From a virus, in IMG/VR virus record IMGVR_UViG_3300008266_000015: a stretch of 64,000 bases of DNA, one strand, 5' to 3'. The position numbers were made by a program, and so were the translations under genes. Below, in pieces: positions 27,816 through 37,387 of this stretch. A model generated the notes under the pieces. It was not told the origin of the DNA. It did not search any database and saw only the letters and a list, made by a program, of their open reading frames with translations. Numbering within the stretch: position 1 is the first letter of the stretch; the number at the start of each line of letters is the position of its first letter.

Positions 27816-29755
27816 ATTTTTTAGTTAGAGAACTTATACAACCTATATTAGAGGACTTTCAAATTGAAATGCCCCAATCTAATGAGGTAGTAGCTTTGTT
27901 TGGTGGTGGATTTAAACCACCCACAAAAGGACATTTTGATGTTGTTAAACAAACACTTGAAAACCACCCAAATATAACTGAATTTCAAATAGCAATAGGA
28001 GGAGGTACTCGAGACGGTATCACTCCTGAAATGTCTATGAAAATCTGGGAAATATACAAACCATTACTTTCAGATAAAGTAAAGTTAATTTCAACTTCAT
28101 CTCCACTTACATATATTAAAGACTATATCAAGGAAAACTCAGATACAGAAATATATGCTGTGGTGGGTGCTAGAGAGGGAGATGAACAAGATGCTAAAGA
28201 TTTTGAACAACGTAAAACTCTATATAAAAAATACGGAAATAAAGTTACTGTTTTAAAATCAGAAGCCGAAAACAGCATTAGTGGAACTAAAGCACGTAAG
28301 GCACTATCTGATAATAATTTTGAGGAATTTATAAAATATTTACCTAGTGAATTAGATTCTGATACCCAACAACAAGTATGGAGCATTTTAGGTAAAGAAA
28401 AAATAGAGGAAATGTCTCAAATGGCTATCCAATCAGTTGAAGATTTTGCGGATAAAGAATTAAACCCACTAGACATAGAATTTACCAGTCATTTCTTTGA
28501 TAGATTAGTAGATCCTAGAAACATTAAGCCTATTTCATCAGCTGAACTTATTGGGTTTTTTAAACGCTTAGCTAAAAAGAAAAAACAATTATTTGATTTT
28601 CTTTCTAAATATAAAGAAATAGTAGCCACAGATAATCGTACAGATATTAATATACCACTGGTTAAGCAAGCAAATACTGCTATTGCTAAAACTATAATGC
28701 GTAAAAAAGATTTCAAAACACCTGATCCTAAAATTGAATTTAGTGAGAGTTTAAATGAAAGTGTAAACGATTCATTTGATGATTCTTTAAATTCATTAAT
28801 CAGATATATGGTTGATCAAGGTATGGATATTCAACCATTACCTACATTAAAAATCATAGACAACGATGTAGAAAACGCTAATAACGTTTTAGGTAAAACA
28901 GCGTACTACGATCCAAATAATTGTTCTATAACGCTTTATACGCTGAATAGACATCCAAAAGATATATTACGTTCATTTTCTCATGAAATGATTCATCGTA
29001 TTCAAGATAATGAAGGTAGATTAAATAATGTAACTACTAATGATACTAATGAAGATGGAGATTTACCTGAATTAGAAAGAGAAGCATATTTAAAAGGAAA
29101 CATGACATTTAGAAATTGGGAAGATTCAATTAAAAATCAAAAATATATTAGAGAATATAAAGAGTATGCTTTAAATGAACTATTTGAAAAAGACTTACCT
29201 AATATAGAAAAATTAAATAGTGTAGAGTATTTAGTAAGCAATGGAGATGATATTGAAGCAAAATATTATTTTAGATTAGATGAACCTGATTTAAATAAAT
29301 GGTCAATACATTGGAATTTTACAAATAATAACAAAAATACATCTCCTGAGGCTTGGAAACAAATAACTACTACCTCATTTAAAATATTAAAAGATTTTAT
29401 AAATAATAAAAAACCAAACTACATTTCTCTCTCAGGGAATGAAAATAAAAGTGGTAAAAATGCTAAACTAAACATATATAAATCTAAATCATTTTTAGAA
29501 AAACTTGAAAATATATTTAATAATCAATATTTAATTAAAAATGATGATGAATCTATGGTTTTAATGAAATCAATAGAAGAAGCATATAAGTATGCCATAA
29601 ATGAAAGTGTTAAGTATGGTGGAGAAAAATATGAAGATGTTTTATATTATTGGCAAAATTTAGATATAAATTCTAAAAGTAAAATAGAACGTTGGAATGC
29701 CACTAAACGTAAAGTGAAAAGAGAAGTTTTACAAGAAATTTACCAAATTAAATGA
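27812..29755 (+). CDS. Multidomain protein: HxGH nucleotidyltransferase, HFFDR domain, HExxH zincin-like domain and C-terminal domain
   Basis: FGGGFKPPTKGH...ISGTKAR; FTSHFFDRLVDPRN; RSFSHEMIH...EREAY. Confidence 0.75.
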   Translation: MNFLVRELIQPILEDFQIEMPQSNEVVALFGGGFKPPTKGHFDVVKQTLENHPNITEFQIAIGGGTRDGITPEMSMKIWEIYKPLLSDKVKLISTSSPLTYIKDYIKENSDTEIYAVVGAREGDEQDAKDFEQRKTLYKKYGNKVTVLKSEAENSISGTKARKALSDNNFEEFIKYLPSELDSDTQQQVWSILGKEKIEEMSQMAIQSVEDFADKELNPLDIEFTSHFFDRLVDPRNIKPISSAELIGFFKRLAKKKKQLFDFLSKYKEIVATDNRTDINIPLVKQANTAIAKTIMRKKDFKTPDPKIEFSESLNESVNDSFDDSLNSLIRYMVDQGMDIQPLPTLKIIDNDVENANNVLGKTAYYDPNNCSITLYTLNRHPKDILRSFSHEMIHRIQDNEGRLNNVTTNDTNEDGDLPELEREAYLKGNMTFRNWEDSIKNQKYIREYKEYALNELFEKDLPNIEKLNSVEYLVSNGDDIEAKYYFRLDEPDLNKWSIHWNFTNNNKNTSPEAWKQITTTSFKILKDFINNKKPNYISLSGNENKSGKNAKLNIYKSKSFLEKLENIFNNQYLIKNDDESMVLMKSIEEAYKYAINESVKYGGEKYEDVLYYWQNLDINSKSKIERWNATKRKVKREVLQEIYQIK

Positions 29756-30288
29756 AATATAAATTAACAGACATATATAAGCAAATTAGGGAAGAGGAAA
29801 CAGCTGCCCAAGTAGCACAATATAAAATATTTTGTGATATGGATGGCGTGTTATGTGATTTTGATAGACGATTTGAACAATTTGGAGGAATGTCTCCTAA
29901 AGAATACGAATCAAAATATGGCATTAAAGAATTTTGGGAACTTATAGATAAAAAAATAGGTGTTCAATTTTGGTCTAAAATGCCATGGATGTCTGATGGT
30001 AAACAACTTTGGGACTATATTAAAAAATATAACCCATCTTTACTCTCAGCTCCTTCTAGAGAAGCATCTTCTCGCTATGGAAAACATTTGTGGGTAAAAG
30101 AAAATATACCTGGGACTAAATTAATTTTAGCAAATAGAGAAAAGAAAAAAAATTATTCTGGAAAAAATCGAATACTTATCGACGATCGCCCTGATAATAT
30201 TAATGAATGGAAGGCCACAGGAGGTATAGGTATTTTACATACTTCAACATCAAATACAATTAACGAATTAAAGCAACTAGGATTATGA
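29752..30288 (+). CDS. HAD 5'(3')-deoxyribonucleotidase (NT5C-like)
   Basis: CDMDGVLCDF, LSAP, LIDDRPDN. Confidence 0.85.
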   Translation: MKYKLTDIYKQIREEETAAQVAQYKIFCDMDGVLCDFDRRFEQFGGMSPKEYESKYGIKEFWELIDKKIGVQFWSKMPWMSDGKQLWDYIKKYNPSLLSAPSREASSRYGKHLWVKENIPGTKLILANREKKKNYSGKNRILIDDRPDNINEWKATGGIGILHTSTSNTINELKQLGL

Positions 30289-30935
30289 AATATCAGTACA
30301 AATTGGTAAAAGAAAATGAAGGTGAAGAAGAAGTTAGTGGGTTAAAAGGTATACAATCTCAAAATGAATTAGTATTAACAGCCTTAGAAGGACGTACTGC
30401 TAAAGAACTTCTTGATATTATCAATGATCCTGCTAACCTGGATAAAGTATATGCTAAAGAAGCTTCTGGACTAAAAGATATCAAAATTAAAGTATTTGGT
30501 GATATGCCTAATGCTCGTTATAAATTAAGTGATAACATTGCTATATATAAGGAAAATGGTACTTCTCTTTATTCTAAAATAGAAAATGCAGTTGGTGCAA
30601 AATTTGATAGAAAAGGAGCCGAAATTAACAAAGACAAAGCCGGTAACATTCGGTTTATTTTTCCTAAAAATAGTAAATATAATGTAGATTTAGTAGAAAA
30701 ATATTTTAACAGTATGGATAGTGGTGAAAAATCTAGAAAAGCAGATTTACGACCTAAAGAAATAGATGAACTTACATTAAGATTTCCATTAAGTGATGGT
30801 CCAACTCTTAGAAAAATATTAGATAATGCAAATTTAGAATCAGGTAAAGATTATAAATTAAGTAAACAAGAAGCAATACAAGAAAATTTACGTACTTTAG
30901 TTAAAAAAGAAATATTAAAGTTTTATAAAAAATAA
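30285..30935 (+). CDS. Hypothetical, putative internal head protein
   Basis: N-terminal KLVKE, C-terminal IQENLRTLVKKEI. Confidence 0.7.
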   Translation: MKYQYKLVKENEGEEEVSGLKGIQSQNELVLTALEGRTAKELLDIINDPANLDKVYAKEASGLKDIKIKVFGDMPNARYKLSDNIAIYKENGTSLYSKIENAVGAKFDRKGAEINKDKAGNIRFIFPKNSKYNVDLVEKYFNSMDSGEKSRKADLRPKEIDELTLRFPLSDGPTLRKILDNANLESGKDYKLSKQEAIQENLRTLVKKEILKFYKK

Positions 30936-30938
30936 TTT

Positions 30939-31508
30939 ATGTCAGAAAACGTTTTAAAAAAAGATTTCAAACAAAAGGATGTTCAACGTCTTCGTAATCT
31001 TGTTCAAGGCAAGTACGGAGAAAGGACTACTGTGGGGATTGGTTATGAAAAGAAAAAAAGTTTTCATGATGAGGGAGATGTGTGGGAAGAAGATGGTAGG
31101 CAATGGACTATCAAAAATGGCATTAAACAAAATCTTACTAAATTAGACAAAGCAAAGCACTCAGTGACTTTGCCACTTTTCTGCCCTTGTTGCTCTAATT
31201 TAATGAAAAATAAATTCGATAAATTATTTTACATTCAATATAATAGATGCTTTAATTGTCAAATTGACTTTGAAACAGATATTCGCAAAATGGGATTATG
31301 GGAAGAATATGAAAAAAATATCATCAATTCAGATGTAGATCATCTTATTAAAGATTATAATACATGGATGGATGAAGTTATCAATGGTTCAAATGAAAGT
31401 TTTATTACTGAAGCCGGAGATATTGAAAAATGGGATGGCTCAGCAAAGAAAAAGTTGTTAGAAAGTAAAGAAGAAACAATTAAATATTTGCAAACCTTAA
31501 AACGATGA
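30939..31508 (+). CDS. Zn-finger hypothetical protein
   Basis: CPCC...CFNC. Confidence 0.75.
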   Translation: MSENVLKKDFKQKDVQRLRNLVQGKYGERTTVGIGYEKKKSFHDEGDVWEEDGRQWTIKNGIKQNLTKLDKAKHSVTLPLFCPCCSNLMKNKFDKLFYIQYNRCFNCQIDFETDIRKMGLWEEYEKNIINSDVDHLIKDYNTWMDEVINGSNESFITEAGDIEKWDGSAKKKLLESKEETIKYLQTLKR

Positions 31509-31512
31509 AGTC

Positions 31513-32133
31513 ATGCCTCCAATTCCAATTTACATAACAGTTGTAACAGCGCTAATAACAGCGATTTTTGGTCCTATTATTGTAGAATGGGTAAAATCTA
31601 AATTTATTTTTCCCCATAAAGACGCATTAGGAGAATCTATTAATACAGATGAAAAAGTTGATCATCAACTAGAAATATTAATAAAAGAACTAAAAAGTGA
31701 TAGAATATGTATTGCTCAATTCCATAATGGAGGACATTTCTACCCTACAGGAAAATCAATTAAGAAGTTTAGTATTTTTTATGAACGAACTACAGACAAA
31801 ACATCTTCTATAAAAGATACTTTCCAAAATATTCCTGTATCTTTATTTCCTAAAGCATTTTCTTTAATATATAAAGATGGAGAAATAATAATTCCTGATA
31901 CTAAAGAAAATTATTTGGATTGTGGTTTATTTCAAATTCAAGGAAAAAATTATAAAACTAAATCATTCTATGTTTTTTCAATAAAAGATATAAATAATAA
32001 TTTTATAGGTTCTTTAACTATTTCATATTATACTAGAAAACATTCTTTTACTCAAGAGGAATGGATATTAATAAGACAAAAAATAGGTGTAATAGGAGCA
32101 ATTTTAACTGACTACTTGCACGGAAAAAGATAA
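31513..32133 (+). CDS. Single-TM plus GAF-like domain protein, putative T4 T-type holin
   Basis: N-terminal TM then DRICIAQFHNG...E...IGSLTISY GAF-like pattern. Confidence 0.5.
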   Translation: MPPIPIYITVVTALITAIFGPIIVEWVKSKFIFPHKDALGESINTDEKVDHQLEILIKELKSDRICIAQFHNGGHFYPTGKSIKKFSIFYERTTDKTSSIKDTFQNIPVSLFPKAFSLIYKDGEIIIPDTKENYLDCGLFQIQGKNYKTKSFYVFSIKDINNNFIGSLTISYYTRKHSFTQEEWILIRQKIGVIGAILTDYLHGKR

Positions 32134-32139
32134 ACACAA

Positions 32140-32147
32140 TATTTATA
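32140..32147 (+). promoter_or_regulatory. Late promoter motif TATTTATA
   Basis: Recurrent motif. Confidence 0.7.
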
Positions 32148-32160
32148 ATAAAATACAAAG

Positions 32161-32679
32161 ATGAAAGAATTTGAAAGAATGCAGAAGTTAGCTTTTGGCA
32201 ACACAATTCCAGCATTAAAACATATTGAAAATCAACCAGTTTCTTTAACTGAAAATGCACTTAAAGCTAAAATTAAAGAACTAGTACATTCATCTTTAGG
32301 TGAAGCTAAGAAAAAGAAAAAAGAAGAAGATGTAGCTCCCCAAGAAGATGTAAATATAGAAATGGATGCTACTGAAGAAATACCTGGAGATACTATGGCA
32401 CCTGAATCAGTAGATGGAGCAGATATTGATCCAACAGTTAAATCAATCCAGGATTCATTACAAAAAGCATTTGCTCAAGCTAAAACATTGGGTGATGAAA
32501 AACTTATCGCTCAAATTGGTAATACAATTACTATGCTTGTTAGAACACAAGTATTAGGTGGGCAACAAGTAGCTGAATCATTAAATGAAGAAGAAACAGA
32601 TTATCAAGAAGGATACAGACATGGATACAATAACGGATATAGAGATGGTGTAGAAGGAGAAGAAAAAGAAAAATTTTAA
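32161..32679 (+). CDS. Putative internal head protein with scaffold-like peptide
   Basis: N-terminal FERMQKLAFG; SLTE, SLGE and SLNE sites. Confidence 0.75.
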   Translation: MKEFERMQKLAFGNTIPALKHIENQPVSLTENALKAKIKELVHSSLGEAKKKKKEEDVAPQEDVNIEMDATEEIPGDTMAPESVDGADIDPTVKSIQDSLQKAFAQAKTLGDEKLIAQIGNTITMLVRTQVLGGQQVAESLNEEETDYQEGYRHGYNNGYRDGVEGEEKEKF

Positions 32680-32705
32680 TAAAAACAAATAAAAACAAAC
32701 AATTT

Positions 32706-32879
32706 ATGAATTCACAAGAACTATTTGAACAAATTAGTGGGTTATTCGAAACAGCAAAAGAAAATCACGCTGAAACAACTAAAGCCGCTAAAGGTAGAGC
32801 ACGCAAAGCACTTTCTGAAATAAAAAAACTCATTGCAGCCTACAACAAAGCTTCTGTTGCTGAAGTAAAAGCAAAGTAA
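32706..32879 (+). CDS. Unannotated 57-aa histone H1-like (Hc1-family) protein
   Basis: MNSQELFEQISGLFETAKENHAETTKAAKGRARKALSEIKKLIAAYNKASVAEVKAK; KAAxxRARKA signature. Confidence 0.75.
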   Translation: MNSQELFEQISGLFETAKENHAETTKAAKGRARKALSEIKKLIAAYNKASVAEVKAK

Positions 32880-32880
32880 A

Positions 32881-33342
32881 ATGGCACAGCTTACCCCAAG
32901 AGAAATAGCAATCAAAAATCAACTCTACAATCAATATAAACAAAATAAAGATGAGTTTATAAAAGATTATGGATCTGATGCTGAGCGAGTTATGTTGGGG
33001 AGAGCAATTAAATTAGCAAAATCAATGGCTGCAAAAGACGACAAGCAAAAAATTAAGGAAATGATTAAAAAGGCCCTTCAAGGGCCTATTTCTGAAACTG
33101 AAGAAATCAATTCAATTGAATACGTACAAAATCGTAGACCAGTTGAAAGTAATCCTGAAGATGTAGTTAAGTTGGATGTTCCACTACTAATTCGTATAAT
33201 GGAATATGCTAGAGAAGATGCTAAAACAGACATGGATTTACATTTTGCAGCAGAAAACATGATTCAGTTATCAAAACCAAACAGAATTCTCAATATGGGG
33301 GATTATGAAAGTATTGTTTCTCCATACGTAAAAATTGATTAA
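32881..33342 (+). CDS. Hypothetical, putative internal head protein
   Basis: Two modules separated by KIKEMIKKALQGPISE. Confidence 0.7.
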   Translation: MAQLTPREIAIKNQLYNQYKQNKDEFIKDYGSDAERVMLGRAIKLAKSMAAKDDKQKIKEMIKKALQGPISETEEINSIEYVQNRRPVESNPEDVVKLDVPLLIRIMEYAREDAKTDMDLHFAAENMIQLSKPNRILNMGDYESIVSPYVKID

Positions 33343-33829
33343 AATGACTAAAAGCGAGTTTAGAGATAGAATTAAATCTTTAGTTAAACAAGTATACTCA
33401 GGTGCAACTAAATCCACAGAAGTAGATTTAGATACAGTATCAGCTGTATCTTTAGATACAACTCGTTTTCCAGTTCTAGCTAAATTCCCAACACTTAGAG
33501 ATACCATTATTAAATTGCTAACAGATCAATATGATTTGTTTTTAAAAGACATTGAATGGGTAGCACCCCGTCCTACTACATTTCGTATTGTATTAGCAAA
33601 TGATCAAATATTTTATTTGATATTTACTGATAGAACATGGATTGGTAAAGTAGAAGGTAAAAAATATTACCTATTGAACATAAGTGAAGAACAAAATTGT
33701 GTTGAATCAATAGCTAGAATTTTATCTTATGGTGCTAAAACTGAAGTTAAAAAAGAAGAAGTAGCACCTGAAGCACCAGTAGAAACACCAGCAGAAACTC
33801 CTGTTGAAGAAACACCACCAACAGTATAA
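33335..33829 (+). CDS. Hypothetical protein
   Basis: Coupled ORF; N-terminal helix EFRDRIKSLVKQV; Pro/Glu tail. Confidence 0.7.
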   Translation: MIKMTKSEFRDRIKSLVKQVYSGATKSTEVDLDTVSAVSLDTTRFPVLAKFPTLRDTIIKLLTDQYDLFLKDIEWVAPRPTTFRIVLANDQIFYLIFTDRTWIGKVEGKKYYLLNISEEQNCVESIARILSYGAKTEVKKEEVAPEAPVETPAETPVEETPPTV

Positions 33830-34965
33830 TGGACGCATTAGATTTATTTTTTAAAAAATACTCTTACAAATTTCCTAAAGGATATCCTGACATGAATAAT
33901 GAGCAGGATATCAATATTTTAGCTAATTTGTTAGAAGGATTAGGAATTGACTTAAGTGAAGACAAATCCTCAGATAGACAAGAAGCTAAAGAAATTTTAA
34001 AAAGAGAATTGGATTTAACTGATCAAGATTTTAAAGATAGTGGATTGCAATTTTATGTTTTAGTACCTGGAAATCAAAGACTATCATTTATAGACAAAAT
34101 TGAAAACATAGATACAGGAACAGATAAAAAGTTTAACTACAATTCCACTCCATCTGCATTCTCATCTTTAGGTTATTTTATGTATGGTGGTGTAAAATTT
34201 GGAATTAAACCTAGTGAAAAACAAGGTGGAAAATCTGCAGGTTTAGATAATGAAAATATCTTTTATAATACTGTTACTTCATTATTAAAAAATGGTCCCA
34301 AAGATATAAAAATTACAGATGGTGAAAAAGAAGTAGTATTTAAAGATATTACTGAAATTGAAGAAACAGGTAGAAAAACATCAGGATACTCTAAATCAGA
34401 TATTGATTTTTATAGTAATGGAACAAATAAAGGTGGCTTATCTTTGAAAAAAGAAAATGCAATATATTGGGAATCTTCCGATGTTAGATTTAAAAATGAA
34501 GTAAACAACTTAGTTAAAGCTATTACTAGTGGTAAATTAGGTGATGAAATATCATATGTTCCATATACTGATGCTCGAGGAAATACAGATCCCGGCATTA
34601 TTAAAATGTATAATAAGAAAGAAAATAAACCGATTGCTGGTATTATAATAAAAGATCTACCTCAACAAGATATACAACAAGTTATTTTTGGTAATGACAA
34701 TGTACCAGTGGCTGTTGCTACTTGGAGATCAAGTGATTTTACTATTGATGGAGATACAATTATAGCTAAAGCTAAAAAATTATATACTACATTAAAAGAT
34801 ATTGAAAAGGATAAATCACTCCCCATATTGAATGTTAGACATGATAAAACAAGAAGATCATCAAAAGGATTAAGAGCTTTATTACAAACTGAAAAATCTT
34901 TATATAAAGATGAATCTTTAAAAGGCAACAATGTTGAACTTTCATATAACGAAATAATGTCATAA
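33829..34965 (+). CDS. Putative PD-(D/E)XK restriction-like nuclease, internal head protein
   Basis: E...KSDI...GLSLKK catalytic-like pattern after an N-terminal YSYKFPKGYPD leader ending DLSE. Confidence 0.55.
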   Translation: MDALDLFFKKYSYKFPKGYPDMNNEQDINILANLLEGLGIDLSEDKSSDRQEAKEILKRELDLTDQDFKDSGLQFYVLVPGNQRLSFIDKIENIDTGTDKKFNYNSTPSAFSSLGYFMYGGVKFGIKPSEKQGGKSAGLDNENIFYNTVTSLLKNGPKDIKITDGEKEVVFKDITEIEETGRKTSGYSKSDIDFYSNGTNKGGLSLKKENAIYWESSDVRFKNEVNNLVKAITSGKLGDEISYVPYTDARGNTDPGIIKMYNKKENKPIAGIIIKDLPQQDIQQVIFGNDNVPVAVATWRSSDFTIDGDTIIAKAKKLYTTLKDIEKDKSLPILNVRHDKTRRSSKGLRALLQTEKSLYKDESLKGNNVELSYNEIMS

Positions 34966-34973
34966 TATTTATA
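34966..34973 (+). promoter_or_regulatory. Late promoter motif TATTTATA
   Basis: 3 nt before ATG 34977. Confidence 0.65.
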
Positions 34974-34976
34974 GGT

Positions 34977-35684
34977 ATGGAACGTATTAAACAACTTATT
35001 CGAGAAGTACTTTCTACTCCACCCAAGAAAGAATCATGTAACTGTGGTTGCCATTCTTGTGAAAACGTAGGAAATAAAGGTCCAGTTCTAAACGAAAGCT
35101 TAAATGCTAAAATCGTAATGACTGAAAACATGAAATATCATGTTGACAACAGATTACCACTTACAGAAAACACATTTCGTTATGGCTCACAAGCATTCTT
35201 AGATTTATGGGCTGAAGCTCGTTATCTATATTCTCGTAATGCTATTCATGTAAATGATGACGATAAAGAAATTTTACTTGAAACTAATTTAGGTGAATAC
35301 GGAATGTATGAAGGTAAAAAAGTGCCTTTAGATTTACCTATGTTAGAAGATGATTCATTAGCGGCTGATGAAGAGGAAATAGCTGACGAACCTATATCTG
35401 AAACTGATAAAAAGAAAAACCCACCAATTGGAAAACCAAAACGTGGTGGTTCTAAAAAGTTTTATGTATATGTTAGAGACAAAGGTAAAATTAAAAAAGT
35501 ATCATTCGGGGGAACTACCGGATTGTCTGTTAAAATAAATGATCCTAAAGCAAGACAAGCTTTTGCCGCTCGCCATAGATGTGCTCAAAAAACAGATAGG
35601 ACAAAACCTAGTTATTGGTCATGTAGAATCGGTCGTTATTGGAAGCAATTAGGAGGAGCAAAAAACTTTAGCGGATATTGGTAG
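34977..35684 (+). CDS. Putative internal head protein with basic C-terminal domain (DUF5754-like)
   Basis: KKFYVYV...KKVSFG...FAARHRC...YWSC; N-terminus MERIKQLIRE. Confidence 0.7.
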   Translation: MERIKQLIREVLSTPPKKESCNCGCHSCENVGNKGPVLNESLNAKIVMTENMKYHVDNRLPLTENTFRYGSQAFLDLWAEARYLYSRNAIHVNDDDKEILLETNLGEYGMYEGKKVPLDLPMLEDDSLAADEEEIADEPISETDKKKNPPIGKPKRGGSKKFYVYVRDKGKIKKVSFGGTTGLSVKINDPKARQAFAARHRCAQKTDRTKPSYWSCRIGRYWKQLGGAKNFSGYW

Positions 35685-35701
35685 GAAATCGGCCTTACCA
35701 A

Positions 35702-35709
35702 TATTTATA
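35702..35709 (+). promoter_or_regulatory. Late promoter motif TATTTATA
   Basis: Upstream of the homing endonuclease. Confidence 0.65.
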
Positions 35710-35721
35710 ATAAAATAAAAT

Positions 35722-36348
35722 ATGGCGTATGTTTATATTGTAATCAATAAAGTTAATGGGAAAAAATATATTGGTTCCTCTCGAAAATCCCAAATAGATG
35801 AAAATTATTATGGTAGCGGCAAAGCAGTAAAAGATGCTCTAAAGAAATATGGTAAAGAAAATTTTATAAGAGAAATACTGTGGGAGGGTGAAGGAAATGC
35901 TCGCGATATAGAAACATGTTATTTAATAAAATTTAATGCTTCTAAGAATCCAATGTTTTATAATATGACTAATGATGCTAGAGGAAATGATCTTCATAAA
36001 GAAGAAACAAAACTCACTGTTAGTGAAAAACTAATTGGGAGAAAATTTACGAAAGAGAGATGTGACAAAATATCTAAAGCTAAGAAAGGATCCACAACCT
36101 CTAAAAAAGGCAAACCTGATGGCCCCAAACCAGGAGTATCAGAAGCTCATAAAGGTAGAATTAGTCCTAATAAAGGAAAAGGAAATCAAGTAGCTTTATA
36201 TACAATATCTGAAGAATATATCAGAACTTATTCTAGTTACTATGACCTAGCTATTGATCTCCAAATAAATCCAGAAACAGTAAGATGTCAACTTATTGGA
36301 AAATCTCAAACTATTAAAAATAAGCAATATAAAGCGCAATATGTATGA
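35722..36348 (+). mobile_element. Free-standing GIY-YIG homing endonuclease with NUMOD-type DNA-binding repeats
   Basis: AYVYIVINKVNGKKYIGS...YYGSG...FYN; KISKAKKG and SEAHKG repeats; C-terminal HTH. Confidence 0.8.
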
Positions 36349-36363
36349 TAGAAATGTGGTAAT

Positions 36364-36741
36364 ATGAAACTATTAGAACTTAAAAAACTTATTCAAGAAG
36401 AACTACGTATAATACGTGAAAGTTCTGCTTCAAAACTTTATAAAGTAGAAGGACTATTAGTAACAAATACTGATAAAAAAACACAATCCCAAATACTTTC
36501 AGATATTAGATCAATCCCAGGTATCACAACAGTAGATGCTCAAGAATATACTCCTCGTTTACCTAAAAAAGGATACACATACGATAGATTAACCATCAAG
36601 GTTGATCCATACCCATACATTAAAAAAGACGGTAAATTTGATATAGAAACGATTAATCAAGTAATCGCAAGTATTGGTGGGATTAAAGGAATAGTTAAAT
36701 TTAGAGTTGATAACCCCCAATTAATTAATATTGGGATATGA
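36364..36741 (+). CDS. Putative internal head protein
   Basis: MKLLELKKLIQEELRIIRE leader; ferredoxin-like/ACT-like body. Confidence 0.7.
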   Translation: MKLLELKKLIQEELRIIRESSASKLYKVEGLLVTNTDKKTQSQILSDIRSIPGITTVDAQEYTPRLPKKGYTYDRLTIKVDPYPYIKKDGKFDIETINQVIASIGGIKGIVKFRVDNPQLINIGI

Positions 36742-37121
36742 TTAAGTTAATTAATCTTCTAGAACAAATTCTTCAAGAGAAAGCTGATCGCTGTAAGCGT
36801 ATTGCTGATCGTAAGTACGATAAACCATCTGCTTACAAATCAGGTGCTATCGTTAGATGTCGTAAAGGTAATATTTGGAAGGATTTAAAAGAAGAAGAAT
36901 TAAATGAAAAAGTAAAAGAAACACTTCGTACTTGGTTTAAACGTAAAGGTGCACCAGGTAAAGAAGGCGGATGGGTTGATTGTAATACTTGTAGAGACGG
37001 AAAATGTAAATCATGTGGTAGAAAAGAAGGTGAAAAACGTTCTAAATATCCTTCATGTCGTCCTACACCAGCTCAATGTAAAACACCTGGTAAAGGTAAA
37101 AAATGGGGGAAAACAAAATGA
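36738..37121 (+). CDS. Basic Cys-rich putative internal head protein
   Basis: MIKLINLLEQILQE leader; SAYKSG, WVDC, CGR and YPSCRP modules. Confidence 0.75.
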   Translation: MIKLINLLEQILQEKADRCKRIADRKYDKPSAYKSGAIVRCRKGNIWKDLKEEELNEKVKETLRTWFKRKGAPGKEGGWVDCNTCRDGKCKSCGRKEGEKRSKYPSCRPTPAQCKTPGKGKKWGKTK

Positions 37122-37387
37122 AAAAAGAATTTAATATAACTGAGTGGGCACTCAAAAATAGACTAAAAGAACATGAAGGTGAAGAATATCCTCCTTACAT
37201 GTATTCACCTGTAGGTTTTAGCTGCGCAGTATGTAAATATCATTATATAAAAGATGATAAACATATGTGTAAAAATAAACAATACCAAGAGTATAAAGGT
37301 ACTGCTGAATTGGTTGATGATGAAGGAAATCAAATTAAAGATCCTTCAAAATGGTGTTCAAATTGGTTTTTACCTAAAGGAGAATGA
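37118..37387 (+). CDS. HiPIP-like Cys protein
   Basis: Y...CAVCKY...C...WCSNW; ATGA-coupled start at 37118. Confidence 0.55.
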   Translation: MKKEFNITEWALKNRLKEHEGEEYPPYMYSPVGFSCAVCKYHYIKDDKHMCKNKQYQEYKGTAELVDDEGNQIKDPSKWCSNWFLPKGE

